A stretch of DNA of 63,997 nucleotides, the filler included, from Octopus bimaculoides (Eukaryota), in assembly GCF_001194135.2 (NCBI RefSeq). It is 5 parts of 4 records of this genome, joined end to end, with 100 filler letters (N's around TTAATTAATTAA, not from the genome) between each part and the next. Parts side by side here need not be neighbours in the genome. Positions count along the whole stretch, not along the records: positions 1 to 14,580 come from NC_068988.1; 4 more parts are not named here. The stretch is one strand, 5' to 3'. The notes beneath the pieces are model-generated. The model did not search any database. It worked only from the letters and a program-made list of their open reading frames with translations, and was not told the origin of the DNA. How positions within the stretch are numbered: the stretch's first letter is position 1; the number at the start of each line of letters is the position of its first letter. The position numbers and the translations under genes were made by a program. Positions 1 to 13,498 of this stretch are shown one piece after another.

Positions 1-124
1 ATATATATATATATATATATATACATATATACATATATATATATATATGTATGAACATATACGTATATATGTGTGTGTATGCGTGTGTATGTGTGTGTGC
101 ATCCCTGTGTATATGCATATCTAT

Positions 125-372
125 GAGTAAGGTCTCATGGTTAAGTGGTTAGGGCTATTTGGTTCATGAACGTACGATCGTTGGTTCGATACCCTGCGAC
201 GAGTTGTGCACTCCATTTCACGTTACTCCAGTCCACTCAGCTCGAAAACACGAGTCCATTCTGTGTTACACTGAATCTTCCTGAGAACTACGTTAAGTGG
301 TACGCGTCTGTGGAGTACTAAACCACTTGCATGCTAACTTCACGAACAAGCAGTTCCGTTGACCACGAGTTA
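125..372 (+). mobile_element. tRNA-derived SINE (family C), decayed
   Basis: A-box-like TGGTTAAGTGGTTAGG and B-box-like GGTTCGATAC, followed by 'atttcacgttactccagtccactcagct', which is shared with the copies at 50599 and 62460. Confidence 0.65.
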
Positions 373-859
373 TATATATGCAGGATTGATCAAAAGTCAC
401 CTGAGAGTAAACCAAAATTCCCTAAATTTATTTATTCATTCCAATCATGAATGTTTAATAATTGAATGCTGCGAGTTAAAATCACCGTTTATTTTCAACA
501 TTTGTCTATTTATTAGCGAAGTCCCATTTAAAATAACTTATTGCTTTAATCTTGGAATTAAAATTGTTTTGATTTACTGTCAGGTAACTTTTGGCCAACC
601 TTGTATATGTATATATATATATATATATNNNNNNNNNNNNNNNNNNNNNNNNNNNNNNNNNNNNNNNNNNNNNNNNNNNNNNNNNNNNNNNNNNNNNNNN
701 NNNNNNNNNNNNNNNNNNNNNNNNNNNNNNNNNNNNNNNNNNNNNNNNNNNNNNNNNNNNNNNNNNNNNNNNNNNNNNNNNNNNNNNNNNNNNNNNNNNN
801 NNNNNNNNNNNNNNNNNNNNNNNNNNNNNNNNNNNNNNNNNNNNNNNNNNNNNNNNNNN

Positions 860-893
<34 letters not shown>

Positions 894-1554
894 TATGTAT
901 GTATGTATGCATATGTATGTATATAAACATACGTATTTACATATGTAAATACATGTAAGTGCCTGTGTTTGAATGGATTTGAGCTTATACATTTATATGC
1001 ATGTATATACAAATACATTATGTATATACTGGTGACACCATAAAGATTTCATTAACTTGGAGAGAATGAGAAATAATTATTTTTGCGAACGTTGAATCTC
1101 GAAGCAAATAAAACTGTATGGAGTAGCGTGTAAATATTGTAAATATTGTAAATATTGGGTTACCATTTGAATAGAAGAAGCTAAAGGCTGCGCATGGAGC
1201 TCGAACTTACATCTCATGTAAACATTATTCACATGCATTTATATAGCTTTATGTGCTCCGTGATCCAACGTCTCCAATAAAAGAATTGTAAGTTTATAAA
1301 TACTGATGACGTCATCGACATACCGTTTTCTCTGGTTAGAATTAAAGTTCTAATACTGACACCAGATTTTCAACGATTGCTTTGTTCCAGATGTAAGACG
1401 TCTACCGTATTCGCAGGAGTTAAGGGTTCGAGACTCGCATGCAACCTTGGAATTTTTCTGACCAAAGTAACCCAATATTTATACGGTATTATTTATAGCT
1501 TTATCTTCTTCGATATCGAACGCTCCAAAAATGAATACTATATATATCGTTTAC

Positions 1555-1862
1555 ATGTTTCAATCATTAGACTGTGGCCATGCTGGGGCACCACTTTGAA
1601 GAATTTTTAGTCGAACGAATCGACCCTAATATTTATTTTTTGCAAAGCCTGGTTCTTACTCTGTCGGTAACTTTTGCCGAACCGCTATGTTACGGGAATA
1701 CAAACACACCGGGCTTCTTTCAGTTTTCGACTACGACATACACTCGCAAGACTTGGTCGGTGCGAGGCTAGAGTATAAGACACTTGCCCAGGTTGGCACA
1801 CAGTGGGACTGAATCCGGAAACATGTTGTTAAGAAGCAAACACCTTAATACACGGCCACGCC
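1555..1862 (-). mobile_element. Composite CORE-like SINE (family B) lacking its internal microsatellite
   Basis: The reverse complement matches both halves of 33986-34390 (head ...CCTGGGCAAGTGTCTTATACTC..., 3' part ...TTCGGCAAAAG...CCCCAGCATGGCCACAGT). The halves are joined directly at ~1708. Confidence 0.8.
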
Positions 1863-1884
1863 TAATGTTTGCATGTGTACGTGC

Positions 1885-1940
<56 letters not shown>

Positions 1941-2059
1941 ATGTAGATACATTCATACGTACGTGTTATTGTTCGAGTAGAAACATGAGATCCTAAGGAC
2001 TACAAACAAATGTTGAGAAAACGGAATACATGTCTTTCAACCAATCAAGTGAGACTGAA

Positions 2060-2330
2060 CAGTTTGCTCTGAGTGGTTCCAAATTGAACGTTGCTGAAGA
2101 CTTCAAATAATTAAGTGGTTGGGTGAGCAGTTTGGAATCAGACATCAAAATCAGGAAGGAGCAAGCATGGACAGCCTGTCACAAACTAAAGGTCTGAAAC
2201 TCCAAATTGCCTAGGCAAATCAGAATCAAGCTGTTCATTGCAACTATCTCGAATCAGTGCTATTAAATGGCTTTGAGACATGGACACCGACAAAAAATTA
2301 CCAAATGGGCTAAATGAATGCTACACAAGG
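2060..2330 (+). mobile_element. RTE-clade LINE fragment, RT C-terminal region
   Basis: Frameshifted translation EDFK*L.GWVSSLESDIKIRKEQAWTACHKL...IRIKLFIATI.ESVLLNGFETWTPTK matches the RTE pattern FKYLG...IRxRxAxAW...ESVLLYGxETWTL. Confidence 0.8.
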
Positions 2331-2508
2331 CGAAATGCTGGGCGGTATTTCGTCTGTCTACACGTTCAAGATTCAAATTCCGTCGAGGTCGACTTTGCTT
2401 TTCATCCTTTCGGGGTCGATAAATTAAATATCAGAGGATCACTGGGGTCGATGTAATCGACTAGTCCTCTCCCCATAAATTTCATGCCTTGTGCCTTTAG
2501 TAGAATGG

Positions 2509-2552
<44 letters not shown>

Positions 2553-2995
2553 GGCGGCTAGCTGACAGAATCGTTTGTACACAGGGTAAAATGCTTATCG
2601 CCTTTCGTCCGTCTTTACTTTCTGAATTCAAATTCCGCCCAGGTCGACTTTGTCTTTTGAATTCGATAAAATAAGTACCAGTTGGTCGCTGGGGTTGATG
2701 TAATCGATTTATCGCCCCCTCCCTCGAAATTGCTGGCCTTGTTACAAAATCTTAAATCATTATTAAGGCGGCGACCTAGCAGAATCGTTAGCGAGCTACG
2801 CAAAGTGCTTAGCAGTATTTCATCCGTCTTTACGTTCTGAGTTCAAATTCTACCGAGATCGAGAGATCGACTTTGCCTTTTATCCTTTCAGAGTGATAAA
2901 ATTAGACCCAGTTGAAAACCAGGGTCGATGTGATTGAATAATCCCCTTCTCCGAAATTTTAGGCCTTGTGCCTGTAATAAAAAGAATTATTATCA
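2329..2995 (+). mobile_element. Three head-to-tail tRNA-derived SINE-A copies separated by (ATT)n
   Basis: Copies start at ~2329 (5'-truncated), 2551 and 2765. The two full copies begin AAGGCGG... and the copies share GAGTTCAAATTCC-like B boxes and GTCGACTTTGCCTTTCATCC...GGGGTCGAT-type sequence. Confidence 0.9.
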
Positions 2996-4405
2996 TTACT
3001 AGACGTAACAACAGTAGCTGCTGCAGCAATATTAACATCATTGATATTATCACAAAAACTAACTATCAGTGTCATCACAATTAGAACATTGATCACCAGA
3101 TTCGTCTACTATTCTAATCCTGATATCGGTGATAACGAATATCATATCTAACCTCATAAACCAATATTACGACAATTACAACAACAATGACAACAGAACG
3201 AATATTGCTTGGACGATAGACACAAAGTAGGAGACGAACATTGTTAATCAGGAAAGTTAAATCAGTGCGTGGCTAAATTAATATCGATTTTTTTGTTTTT
3301 ACTTCAAGATTAAAAAGAGAACCACACACACACACACACATACACACACATACAAACACATACACACACAGAGGCTCACATAAACATGCACATACATACA
3401 CACACACATACATGTAGAGACATAAGCTCACAGACATGATCACACATATAACTCGACCGGTATTACTTTCTTTAGAAGTTCTTCATTATTAAATCATCAA
3501 CGCAACTCTATAAAAGAATCTCAAGAAATAATTGATTAGCAGACAAATAACTGAAAGACAAGACAAAAGATAATTACCAGCAGGGGACTGACGTGTATAA
3601 ATAATTCGTAGATACGTTAGATGTAGTATTTAAGTTACTTATAGGTTACGGAATCAAACGTGGTATTGGTCGTGGCGCCATGTTAAGTACTTGACACACT
3701 AACAAATATGATCTATCAGAGGTATTAATCCGTGTATTTTATCAAAACAGTTTCACTAATAGGCTTGTAGTGGCGATGGTAGGAGTCATTCTTCTGAAAA
3801 ACTTATGTCTCTATTCCGCTTTTTTACAAAGTCCTGATTCTATTTTCTCGGTCATATCTTCTGATAGAAGTGTCACCGTTTTTCGGTGATAGGGCACAGT
3901 TTGTTCTCAGAATGCAAAGAGGTGGAAGCATTTGACATTTTCGCCAATTCACTGACACTATATTGGTATTTCTTTTTTTTTTTATCGACACTGGAAGGAT
4001 ACAGAGCAATGTTGAACTCGGTAACGATTCGAACTCAGAACTCAGTAAGTCGGGGAGAATACCGCAAGGAATTCTACCTGAAATCTAACGACTCTGGCAA
4101 ATCATTGAGATATACTGCGAAGTAAAATGAGTGTCGATATACTTAACGTAATGAGATATGAAATGCTAATGAATTCGAATTACATCTGTAATGGGAAGAA
4201 AACTTCATTAGCTTAGTGATCAATTCTGGTTAAAGAAGACAGAAGAGACACTTTAAATTAATTCAAATTAAAATGAACGAAAATAGAATGTAGTTGAGAG
4301 AACGAATGGAACCTTTGGTAGTCCAGTGGCAATATAGACAAGTCCCGACACCTTTTATTTTTATTAGCTTAGTCTAACCCCTAATGACAAACCTGTGATA
4401 ACTTA

Positions 4406-4471
<66 letters not shown>

Positions 4472-5299
4472 CTTTAGTGAATAAACGTTAGGTGATGTAG
4501 TAAGTTAAATTTTCTATTAAGAAATGATACTATTAATTCACTTAGTGGATGTACTTTCAGTAGACTAGCTTCTCGTCCAAACGAGTAATTTGCTCTCATC
4601 TGTTTCGAATCAAGCTAAAACCAAATATTAATATAGAAGCATTATAATTGACGGACAAAATCCAATCGATAAAATTTAGAATGATTCATGTACTTCCTAG
4701 CATAAATCAGTTTTATATAATTATAAAACTGTCTATTGATTTATTAAATCTTGTGGTAATGAGGAAGAATTGTCTTCATGTCTATGAAAATATTTTGTTA
4801 TCAACTGATTTATAGGTTGGCTGATTGATTAATTGACTGACTGATCGATTAATTGATAATATGACAGTTTTGATGAGCGGGGATTACTGGCGTTTATTTG
4901 CAGCCAGAGAACGTATTATCTTACTGTCAATGTCAGCAACAGTCAAAGAGGATCCTATATCTGACAGAGTAGTGCTTTGTCCATAAAACCATTGTTATCT
5001 GTTACTGGCGGGAAGTGGTTTCCCCGTGTTAATAAAATCAAGCGTAACTTTTCCACATTAAAGTTTTTTTTTAACACGTTGTACGATAATCTAACAAGAA
5101 CATTTTTTTATAAAGGTTTATCGTTTGAATATTCTCACTAGATGTCTCACTTATGCACAAGCGCATTTATTCCACAAAATACGGACAAGAAGACCTTTGT
5201 GTTTTGAGGTCCAGCTTTACATATGTGCTTCGCATACATATTGTTCTTTGAAAGAATATTTAATAAGAATGAGATCATTTTTTTCTCTTTTTATCTTTT

Positions 5300-5506
5300 T
5301 TACTGCGACCATGTCCGGACAACACCTTAAAGAATTTTAGCTAAATGAATCCACCCCAGTACTCTATTTTTTAAAGCCGGGTACTTATTCCATCGATCAC
5401 TTTTGCTGAACTGCTTGATTACGATGTCGTAAACAGTGCAGCACCGGTTGCCAAGCGGCGATGAGGGACAAACTCAGACACAAAGACACAGAAACACACA
5501 CACACA

Positions 5507-5545
<39 letters not shown>

Positions 5546-5705
5546 CGGGCTTCTTACAGTTTCCGTCTACCAAATCCTCTCGCAAGGCTTTGATTGACCC
5601 GAGGCTATAGTAGAAGACACTCGCCCAAGGTGCTACGCAGTGGAACTGAACCCAGAACCATGTGGTTAGGAAGCAAGCTTCTTACCACAGAGTCACACCC
5701 GCATC
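5300..5705 (-). mobile_element. Composite CORE-like SINE-B with internal (CA)/(TA) microsatellite
   Basis: Two conserved halves homologous to 33986-34390 flank an (AT)n tract at ~5490-5543. Confidence 0.85.
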
Positions 5706-5747
5706 TATAATGTTTAATAAGAATAAGATATCAATATGTAATAAGAA

Positions 5748-5950
5748 TAAAGCGGTGAGCTGGCAGAATCTTTACCGTGCCGGGTTAAATGCTTAGTGGT
5801 ATTTCGTCCGTAGTTCTGATCCCAAACTTCGCTGAGGGTGACTTTGCGTTTCATTCTTTTGGGATCGATAAAATAAGTGCCAGTTGAACAATGGGAAGGA
5901 TGCAATCGACATCTCCTCCCATGCTGGTGTTTGTCAAAATTTGAAACCGA
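5748..5950 (+). mobile_element. SINE-A
   Basis: AAAGCGGTGAGCTGGCAGAATC head, central ...TTTCATTCTTTTGGGATCGATAAAATAAGT..., and CAAAATTTGAAACC 3' end. Confidence 0.85.
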
Positions 5951-7094
5951 CATATAATAGGAATAATAAGTACTTCATTGAAGAAGGGAGGCAGTCGCCA
6001 TGAACATTTATAGAGCCGTCGAGCCTGGCAGGAAAAAAGGTGGAAGCTCTCCTCCGACCAGGGACCTAATCTGAATACTCGCAACTCTTCCGCCAAAGGC
6101 AACAAAGCGCTATATAGTGACGCTAATCCGGTTGTAGGATTAATCCGAAGGTAGGCCATAACGTAATTGGAACTCAGAATCCAATAATACCACAAGGCAA
6201 CCGGCCCGACCTCTTTACAGTTCCACCAATGCATTGCCCTGGACTGGACCGGTATTCTTTTATTCAAGCGCGGAATGGTGAAAGATAATCGACATCGGTA
6301 GGATTCGAACACGGAGTACCAGGAACGGGAAGAAATGCTTTGAGACATTTTGTCTGAGGCACTAATGACTATGCTAATTCGCAGTATTTTACACTCACAC
6401 ACGCTTATAAAAAACAATATTTTGAGGAACTCTCACCTTGACGTGTTCTCCAAATATAAATATTTAATAAGACGCTCTATAAAAAATATTTTATAAGATG
6501 TTGTTTTATTGATTCTTCATCTCCATTGTGAAGAAATGAATTGTTTTGCTAGAAGTCAATATTATTTTAGTTTTGCGTTTGTGAAATAATTTTGACTTTA
6601 TTGGAATGAAGTATCGGCGTTTATTGAATTCAGTTTTCTTTTCTTTTCTCTCTTTTGTTTTCGTTGCAACCAAAAACTATTTCTTTTTGTTGTATCTTGG
6701 GAGGGTCATTATGTCAATAATAAACACATGCATTGGTCTTATTTCACTTTTGTTTTATTATTGTTAGTCAGCCAGTAAACCGTTTAACCAATTAACTAGC
6801 CGATTGTTTGATTTATCGTCTGCTTCAGGAGACCTGAAAATCTGGAACAGAGAGAACGTGTTATTGATGAGGTCACGAATGGCAACGAAAGAACTTTGAC
6901 CAACTTACTTGACTCACTGACTGAATGATTAATCAAACAAACGATTAATTACTTTGCTAAATGGTTAACTAGTTGAAACCTAAAAATTGAACGATTTTCC
7001 CAGGATACTACAATATTTGTTTCAACATACGATTTTACTTCAAGAATCTTCAAAGTCAAATACAAAAAAACAAATATATAATCTTTAATATTTG

Positions 7095-7495
7095 TATCGT
7101 CGTCGTCACTACTGACACTACAACGAAAGTTTCTTCAGATGAAGCTCGAGTTCTCCAGCTGCCCTGCCCTATTTGTCCAACTAGCTCGTTCTTTGCCTGC
7201 ATCTTGATCTATTGCTCTCTACTCTTCCTTCCATTATAACGTTTTTCAGACCACTGCTTCTTCGAATATAACCATGATAAATGAACTTCTTTTTCACAAT
7301 GTTCGGATGTTGTCCTCTTTCATTTACTTGCTGTAGCACCCATTTATTTGTCTGATGGTCCTTGTAAGAAACTTGTAACATTCTCCTATGCACCCACATT
7401 TCAAATACATTGGTTATGTTCTATTCAAATTTGTTCAGAGTCCATGCTTCGCAACTATAAATGCCTTTGGCCAAATGAGCGCTCACACTAGCATT
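7095..7495 (-). mobile_element. RTE-clade LINE 3' end with (GAC)n tail
   Basis: ORF 7181-7399 reads MWVHRRMLQVSYKDHQTNKWVLQ...IMEGRVESNRSRCRQRTS, the RTE C-terminus. It is homologous to 59270-59760. Confidence 0.85.
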
Positions 7496-7499
7496 ATTC

Positions 7500-7500
7500 T

Positions 7501-7552
<52 letters not shown>

Positions 7553-7690
7553 GCTACTGCTGCTGCTACTACTACTACTGCTGCTGCTACTGCTGCTGCT
7601 AGCTTTTACAACAACAACAGCAACAACAACAACAACAACAACAACAACACCAACACCAACAACAACAACTACTACTACTACTACTACTAC
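7500..7690. repeat. Compound trinucleotide microsatellite (TAC)n/(TGC)n/(AAC)n
   Basis: Directly visible in the sequence. Confidence 0.95.
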
Positions 7691-7698
7691 TCCTCAGT

Positions 7699-8270
7699 AG
7701 GCGGTGAGCTGGCAGAGTCGTTAGCATACTGGCTGAAATGCTTAGCGGTATTTCATCTGCCGCTATGTTCTGAGTTCAAATTCCGCGGAGGTCGACTTTG
7801 CCTTTCATCTTTTTGGAGTCGATGAAATAAGCACCAGTAAAACACTGGGGTCGATGTAATCGACTAGGCCCCTCCCCACCAAATTTCAGACATTGTGCCT
7901 ATGGTAGAAAGCATTATTATCGTTAGTAGTAGTAGTAGTAGTAGTAGTAAAGTGGCGAGCTGGCAGAATCGTTAGCGCGCTGGAGGAACTGCTTAGCAGT
8001 ATTTCACTCGTCGCTACGTTCTGAGTTCAAATTCCGCCGAAGTTGACTTTAAAAAAAGTATCAGTTGATCACTGAGGTTAATGTAGTAGTAGTAGTAGTA
8101 GTAGTAGTAATCCTTTCTACTATGGGCACAAGGCCTCAAGTTTTGTGGGAAGGGGCTAGTTTATTACATCGACGTCGGTGCTGAGCTGGTAACTATTGCA
8201 TCAACCTCGAAAATATGAAAGGCAAAGTGAAGCTTGGCGGTATTTGAACTAACTCAGAACGTAGAGTCGC
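7699..8270. mobile_element. SINE-A cluster: + 7699-7920, + 7949-8080, - 8109-8270
   Basis: SINE-A motifs separated by (AGT)n tracts. Confidence 0.85.
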
Positions 8271-8364
8271 AACTCAATACCACAGACCACATCATAAGAG
8301 AAGAGCAAGAATATGAAAAAGAAAGAAAAAAGATAAAAGAATAGTGAGCAAATAATATATTTCA

Positions 8365-8437
<73 letters not shown>

Positions 8438-8563
8438 ATATATATATACACACATATATATATATATACATATACATGTATACATACATATATATATACA
8501 TATATATATACATATACATACATGCATACATACATAAATATATATATATATGTATATATATGT

Positions 8564-8612
<49 letters not shown>

Positions 8613-9210
8613 NNNNNNNNNNNNNNNNNNNNNNNNNNNNNNNNNNNNNNNNNNNNNNNNNNNNNNNNNNNNNNNNNNNNNNNNNNNNNNNNNNNNNNNN
8701 NNNNNNNNNNNNNNNNNNNNNNNNNNNNNNNNNNNNNNNNNNNNNNNNNNNNNNNNNNNNNNNNNNNNNNNNNNNNNNNNNNNNNNNNNNNNNNNNNNNN
8801 NNNNNNNNNNNNNNNNNNNNNNNNNNNNNNNNNNNNNNNNNNNNNNNNNNNNNNNNNNNNNNNNNNNNNNNNNNNNNNNNNNNNNNNNNNNNNNNNNNNN
8901 NNNNNNNNNNNNNNNNNNNNNNNNNNNNNNNNNNNNNNNNNNNNNNNNNNNNNNNNNNNNNNNNNNNNNNNNNNNNNNNNNNNNNNNNNNNNNNNNNNNN
9001 NNNNNNNNNNNNNNNNNNNNNNNNNNNNNNNNNNNNNNNNNNNNNNNNNNNNNNNNNNNNNNNNNNNNNNNNNNNNNNNNNNNNNNNNNNNNNNNNNNAT
9101 ATATATATACACGCGCTCGCGTACATATGTATCTATGTATAAATGAATGCATATACAAATACAGACATATATACATTCTTATAAAACTGAGAATTCTTGA
9201 CTGTTTACAG

Positions 9211-9439
9211 TTTGCTGCTGCTGCTGCTACTGCTGCTGCTGCTACTGCTGCTGCTGCTGCTACTGCTGCTGCTGCTACAGCTACTGTTACTGTTGCTGCC
9301 GGTGCTGGTGCTGCAGCTGTGCTATCGTTATATCGACCTCCACGATGTTGGACCAGCCGGGCATCGTCGAAAGTAAATTTTAACTTAGGCGTTGGCACAT
9401 TCAAGAATATACTAGTCTCAATCATCGTCGTCGTCGTCG

Positions 9440-9478
<39 letters not shown>

Positions 9479-9696
9479 ATCAGCAGCATCAACAGCAGCG
9501 TCTCCGTCATCACTATCATCATCATCATCAACCGCAATAACAACATCAATGCAGAAAGCTGTCATCATCATCATCATGGACATCATCATTGCGTACCTTC
9601 CTAATTAACATCATAATGATTATAATGTTATTTATAAGGATAGCCGCAGTCATCACAGCGTCGCTCTTCCGTTCCCTGCCCCTTCTCATCTTCGTT

Positions 9697-9743
<47 letters not shown>

Positions 9744-9790
9744 TATCATCAACAACAACAACAACAACAACAAAAACAACAACAAATATA
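9211..9790. repeat. Compound (GCT)n/(GTC)n/(ATC)n/(AAC)n microsatellite region
   Basis: Directly visible. It generates spurious poly-A/I/M/D ORFs. Confidence 0.95.
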
Positions 9791-9917
9791 ATTCCAGTAC
9801 CGCAGCTGTTCAAAAATAACTTCAACACCTTTTTATTTGTCTATATGAAAACTCACACACATACATACACACACACACATGCACGCACACACGTACGCAC
9901 ACACACACACACACACG

Positions 9918-9962
<45 letters not shown>

Positions 9963-10372
9963 AGGCACGCACACACAAACGCACATCAACATAAAAGCAC
10001 TTACACAGACACACACGCCTATATACACGGTAGTATGAAATAGAAAAAAAAATATAAGAAACATATTGAGCTAGGGTATAAAGACTTGCGTCAGTTTCAA
10101 TAACCGAAGCAGCTACATAGTATTTTTCTTATTAACCACTGCAATTCGGGTCGATCGCAGGTGACGATCGCAGGATCAGAGACGATTGCTATTAGTGAAT
10201 GAAGGTCATTTGCCGCATCCAAAAAGTAAACAGCGTGCGAGCATATAAATATGTACACCACACCCACTCCATACACACAGATACACACACATCTATTTAT
10301 GTCTGTCTGTCTGTCTGTCTATCATCTTGTCTGTCCGATTTGCCTATGTTTCTATCTATCTATCTATATATA

Positions 10373-10980
10373 TAAACGAAATCTGATCAATAAGTATCCG
10401 GACTTTTGCCATAGTCATGAAGCTAAAACACGCAGAGCAAAACCGCTTGATTTAGATTGACCTTAGACTCTGCTGTGCATGTGCACTAAGTTTTAATGTT
10501 CTAGCAGTGCTTGGAAGGAAAGTGTGTACCGTGTGATCGTCGCATTGACCATGACAGAGAAAGTTGTTGTGGCGATACCTGCTCAGAGGCTTACGCAAAG
10601 TTACAGAAAGAGTATGGAGAGGAGTATATTAGCCTCACACAAGTGTACGAGTGGGTCAGACGTTTCCAACGTGGCCGAAATAATGTCGATATTGACGAAC
10701 GTTCTGGGAGACCCGCAACCAGCAGAACTGAGAAAGACATCGCAGATGTGCGTGCAGCTGTGAGGGGAAATCGTTAAATCAACAGCTGTAAGTTATCAGT
10801 AGATGTGCAGATTAGTTACGATTTAGTTCAGTCCATTAACATTGAGTTTGGGTATGAGACGCGTGTCTGCCAAATTTGTGCGAAAACTGCTTTCAGCTAA
10901 CCCCAAAACACTCGGGTTTCAGTTGTACAAGATCTACTTGATTGTATCGAGAACGCTGAAAACTTTTTAATAACTTTGCG
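10373..10980 (+). mobile_element. Mariner transposon, 5' half (TIR plus transposase N-terminus), decayed
   Basis: TA-flanked TIR-like start ...TCTGATCAATAAGTATCCGGAC. Translation AYAKLQKEYGEEYISLTQVYEWVRRFQRGRNNVDIDERSGRP (HTH region) followed by LGMRRVSAKFVRKLL, the mariner WVPxxL-equivalent motif. Confidence 0.9.
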
Positions 10981-11008
10981 TAGGCCTCTGAGCAGCTATC
11001 GCCAATTT

Positions 11009-11104
<96 letters not shown>

Positions 11105-11554
11105 GTAATCCTTTCTATTTTAGGCACAAGGCCTGAAATTTTGTTGGAGGGGAACGAGTCGATCGCATCGACCCAGTGCTCGACTGCTACTTATTCTTAT
11201 CGGCTCCGAAAGGACGAAAACCAAAGTCGACGTACTATAATGTGTAATATTTCAAGGATTAATTCTTTAGTTGAATTTGTCTCAACTAGAAGAATGAAGA
11301 TGGTGTTAAATGCCGAGAATAAACATTATTTACTATTTAAATAATTCCTGAGTTTCAGTTGGAATGTTTTACTTGCAAAGCTAATCGAACGAATAAAAAA
11401 TATCTATACGCATTTAATACTATAGGAAAATAAAAATATGGAATAAAATTTAAATATCTAAATATCTAAATTACTTGATATTATTCAAAATGCTTATATG
11501 CCAGATTTCTTGACTTACGCTCGAGCGGCAATTAATTAATCCATTAGAAAGACG

Positions 11555-11585
<31 letters not shown>

Positions 11586-11700
11586 GTACGTATGTATGTA
11601 TATGTATTTCCATATATACATACACACACACATATGTATATGTGTGGTTGAGTGTATATATATGTATATATATATTTATATATATGTATATGTATATATA

Positions 11701-11767
<67 letters not shown>

Positions 11768-12763
11768 NNNNNNNNNNNNNNNNNNNNNNNNNNNNNNNNN
11801 NNNNNNNNNNNNNNNNNNNNNNNNNNNNNNNNNNNNNNNNNNNNNNNNNNNNNNNNNNNNNNNNNNNNNNNNNNNNNNNNNNNNNNNNNNNNNNNNNNNN
11901 NNNNNNNNNNNNNNNNNNNNNNNNNNNNNNNNNNNNNNNNNNNNNNNNNNNNNNNNNNNNNNNNNNNNNNNNNNNNNNNNNNNNNNNNNNNNNNNNNNNN
12001 NNNNNNNNNNNNNNNNNNNNNNNNNNNNNNNNNNNNNNNNNNNNNNNNNNNNNNNNNNNNNNNNNNNNNNNNNNNNNNNNNNNNNNNNNNNNNNNNNNNN
12101 NNNNNNNNNNNNNNNNNNNNNNNNNNNNNNNNNNNNNNNNNNNNNNNNNNNNNNNNNNNNNNNNNNNNNNNNNNNNNNNNNNNNNNNNNNNNNNNNNNNN
12201 NNNNNNNNNNNNNNNNNNNNNNNNNNNNNNNNNNNNNNNNNNNNNNNNNNNNNNNNNNNNNNNNNNNNNNNNNNNNNNNNNNNNNNNNNNNNNNNNNNNN
12301 NNNNNNNNNNNNNNNNNNNNNNNNNNNNNNNNNNNNNNNNNNNNNNNNNNNNNNNNNNNNNNNNNNNNNNNNNNNNNNNNNNNNNNNNNNNNNNNNNNNN
12401 NNNNNNNNNNNNNNNNNNNNNNNNNNNNNNNNNNNNNNNNNNNNNNNNNNNNNNNNNNNNNNNNNNNNNNNNNNNNNNNNNATATATATATATGCATATA
12501 TGTGTGTGCTGAAAATCACTATTTATATATGTATGCACTTATATACGTGTGTATGTATGCATGTATGTATGTATGTATGTATGTATGTATATACATATGA
12601 ATGTATGTATGTATGTATGTACTTGCTATTTATAGCAACTGTCTACCTCAAATTATCGCTAAAATTGTCTTCTTAAAACTCCTTTAAGAAGCCAGTTTTA
12701 ACGTCGAAACTTTGAAGCAAAAGATATTATTCAATATTAAATACCCTTTCGAATCTACACACA

Positions 12764-12815
<52 letters not shown>

Positions 12816-12911
12816 AGCACTTAATTATTTTTATATATTTGGATAGATGCATATATCCGCTGGTAGATAGATAGATAGATAGTTAGATAGATAAATAGAT
12901 AGATAGATAGT

Positions 12912-12979
<68 letters not shown>

Positions 12980-13456
12980 CGTACATATGAGTCTATATGT
13001 TTGAGTACATCTACTGAGTTCTCTCTTAAGTATTTGAAGCTACTTTCGTGGGAACTTATTTTACCAATTAATGGCTTATTTTTGAATTGCTTCTCTCTTG
13101 TAAAAAGAAATAATTCCAATTCATTCCTGACTTTTTATTCAGATTCTCAACATCATTGGATAATGAAAAATTTAAGTAGCATAAATCAATACTTTGATTT
13201 AATTGGTAGTACGCAAATAGATATAATCAATATAAGTATGAAAATAAATTTAATCTTCAATATAAATCGAACTAATTCGTGAATCTTTAAGTTGATAATT
13301 TTCCAGAACCTCTCGAACTTGTCGAACGGAAATGATAGGAGATTTTTTAGTGATAAATATATGAAGAGGACAAGAATGAGGCTGTTGGGGGATAATTGCA
13401 GGGATGCTGGGGTGAGATTGGAGGAGTTTGCTACCGATGATGATGCATGTGTGTTT

Positions 13457-13493
<37 letters not shown>

Positions 13494-13498
<5 letters not shown>

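Noticed and set aside
359-1018. Long ORFs spanning N runs and (TA)/(CA) tracts (also 8249-9540, 11471-12676, 25333-26575, 47609-48355, 58393-59154)
   Set aside because: These are artefacts of N codons and stop-free dinucleotide repeats.
1129-1157. (TGTAAATAT)x3 resembling forkhead sites
   Set aside because: It is too short and AT-rich, and simple slippage explains it.
2551-2640. tRNA-like cloverleafs with A/B boxes
   Set aside because: These are SINE heads, each followed by a SINE body and present in dozens of diverged copies. They are not tRNA genes.
2329-2995. Regularly spaced similar repeats suggestive of a CRISPR array
   Set aside because: The units are >200-bp SINEs with microsatellite spacers in a eukaryotic genome, and there are no cas genes.
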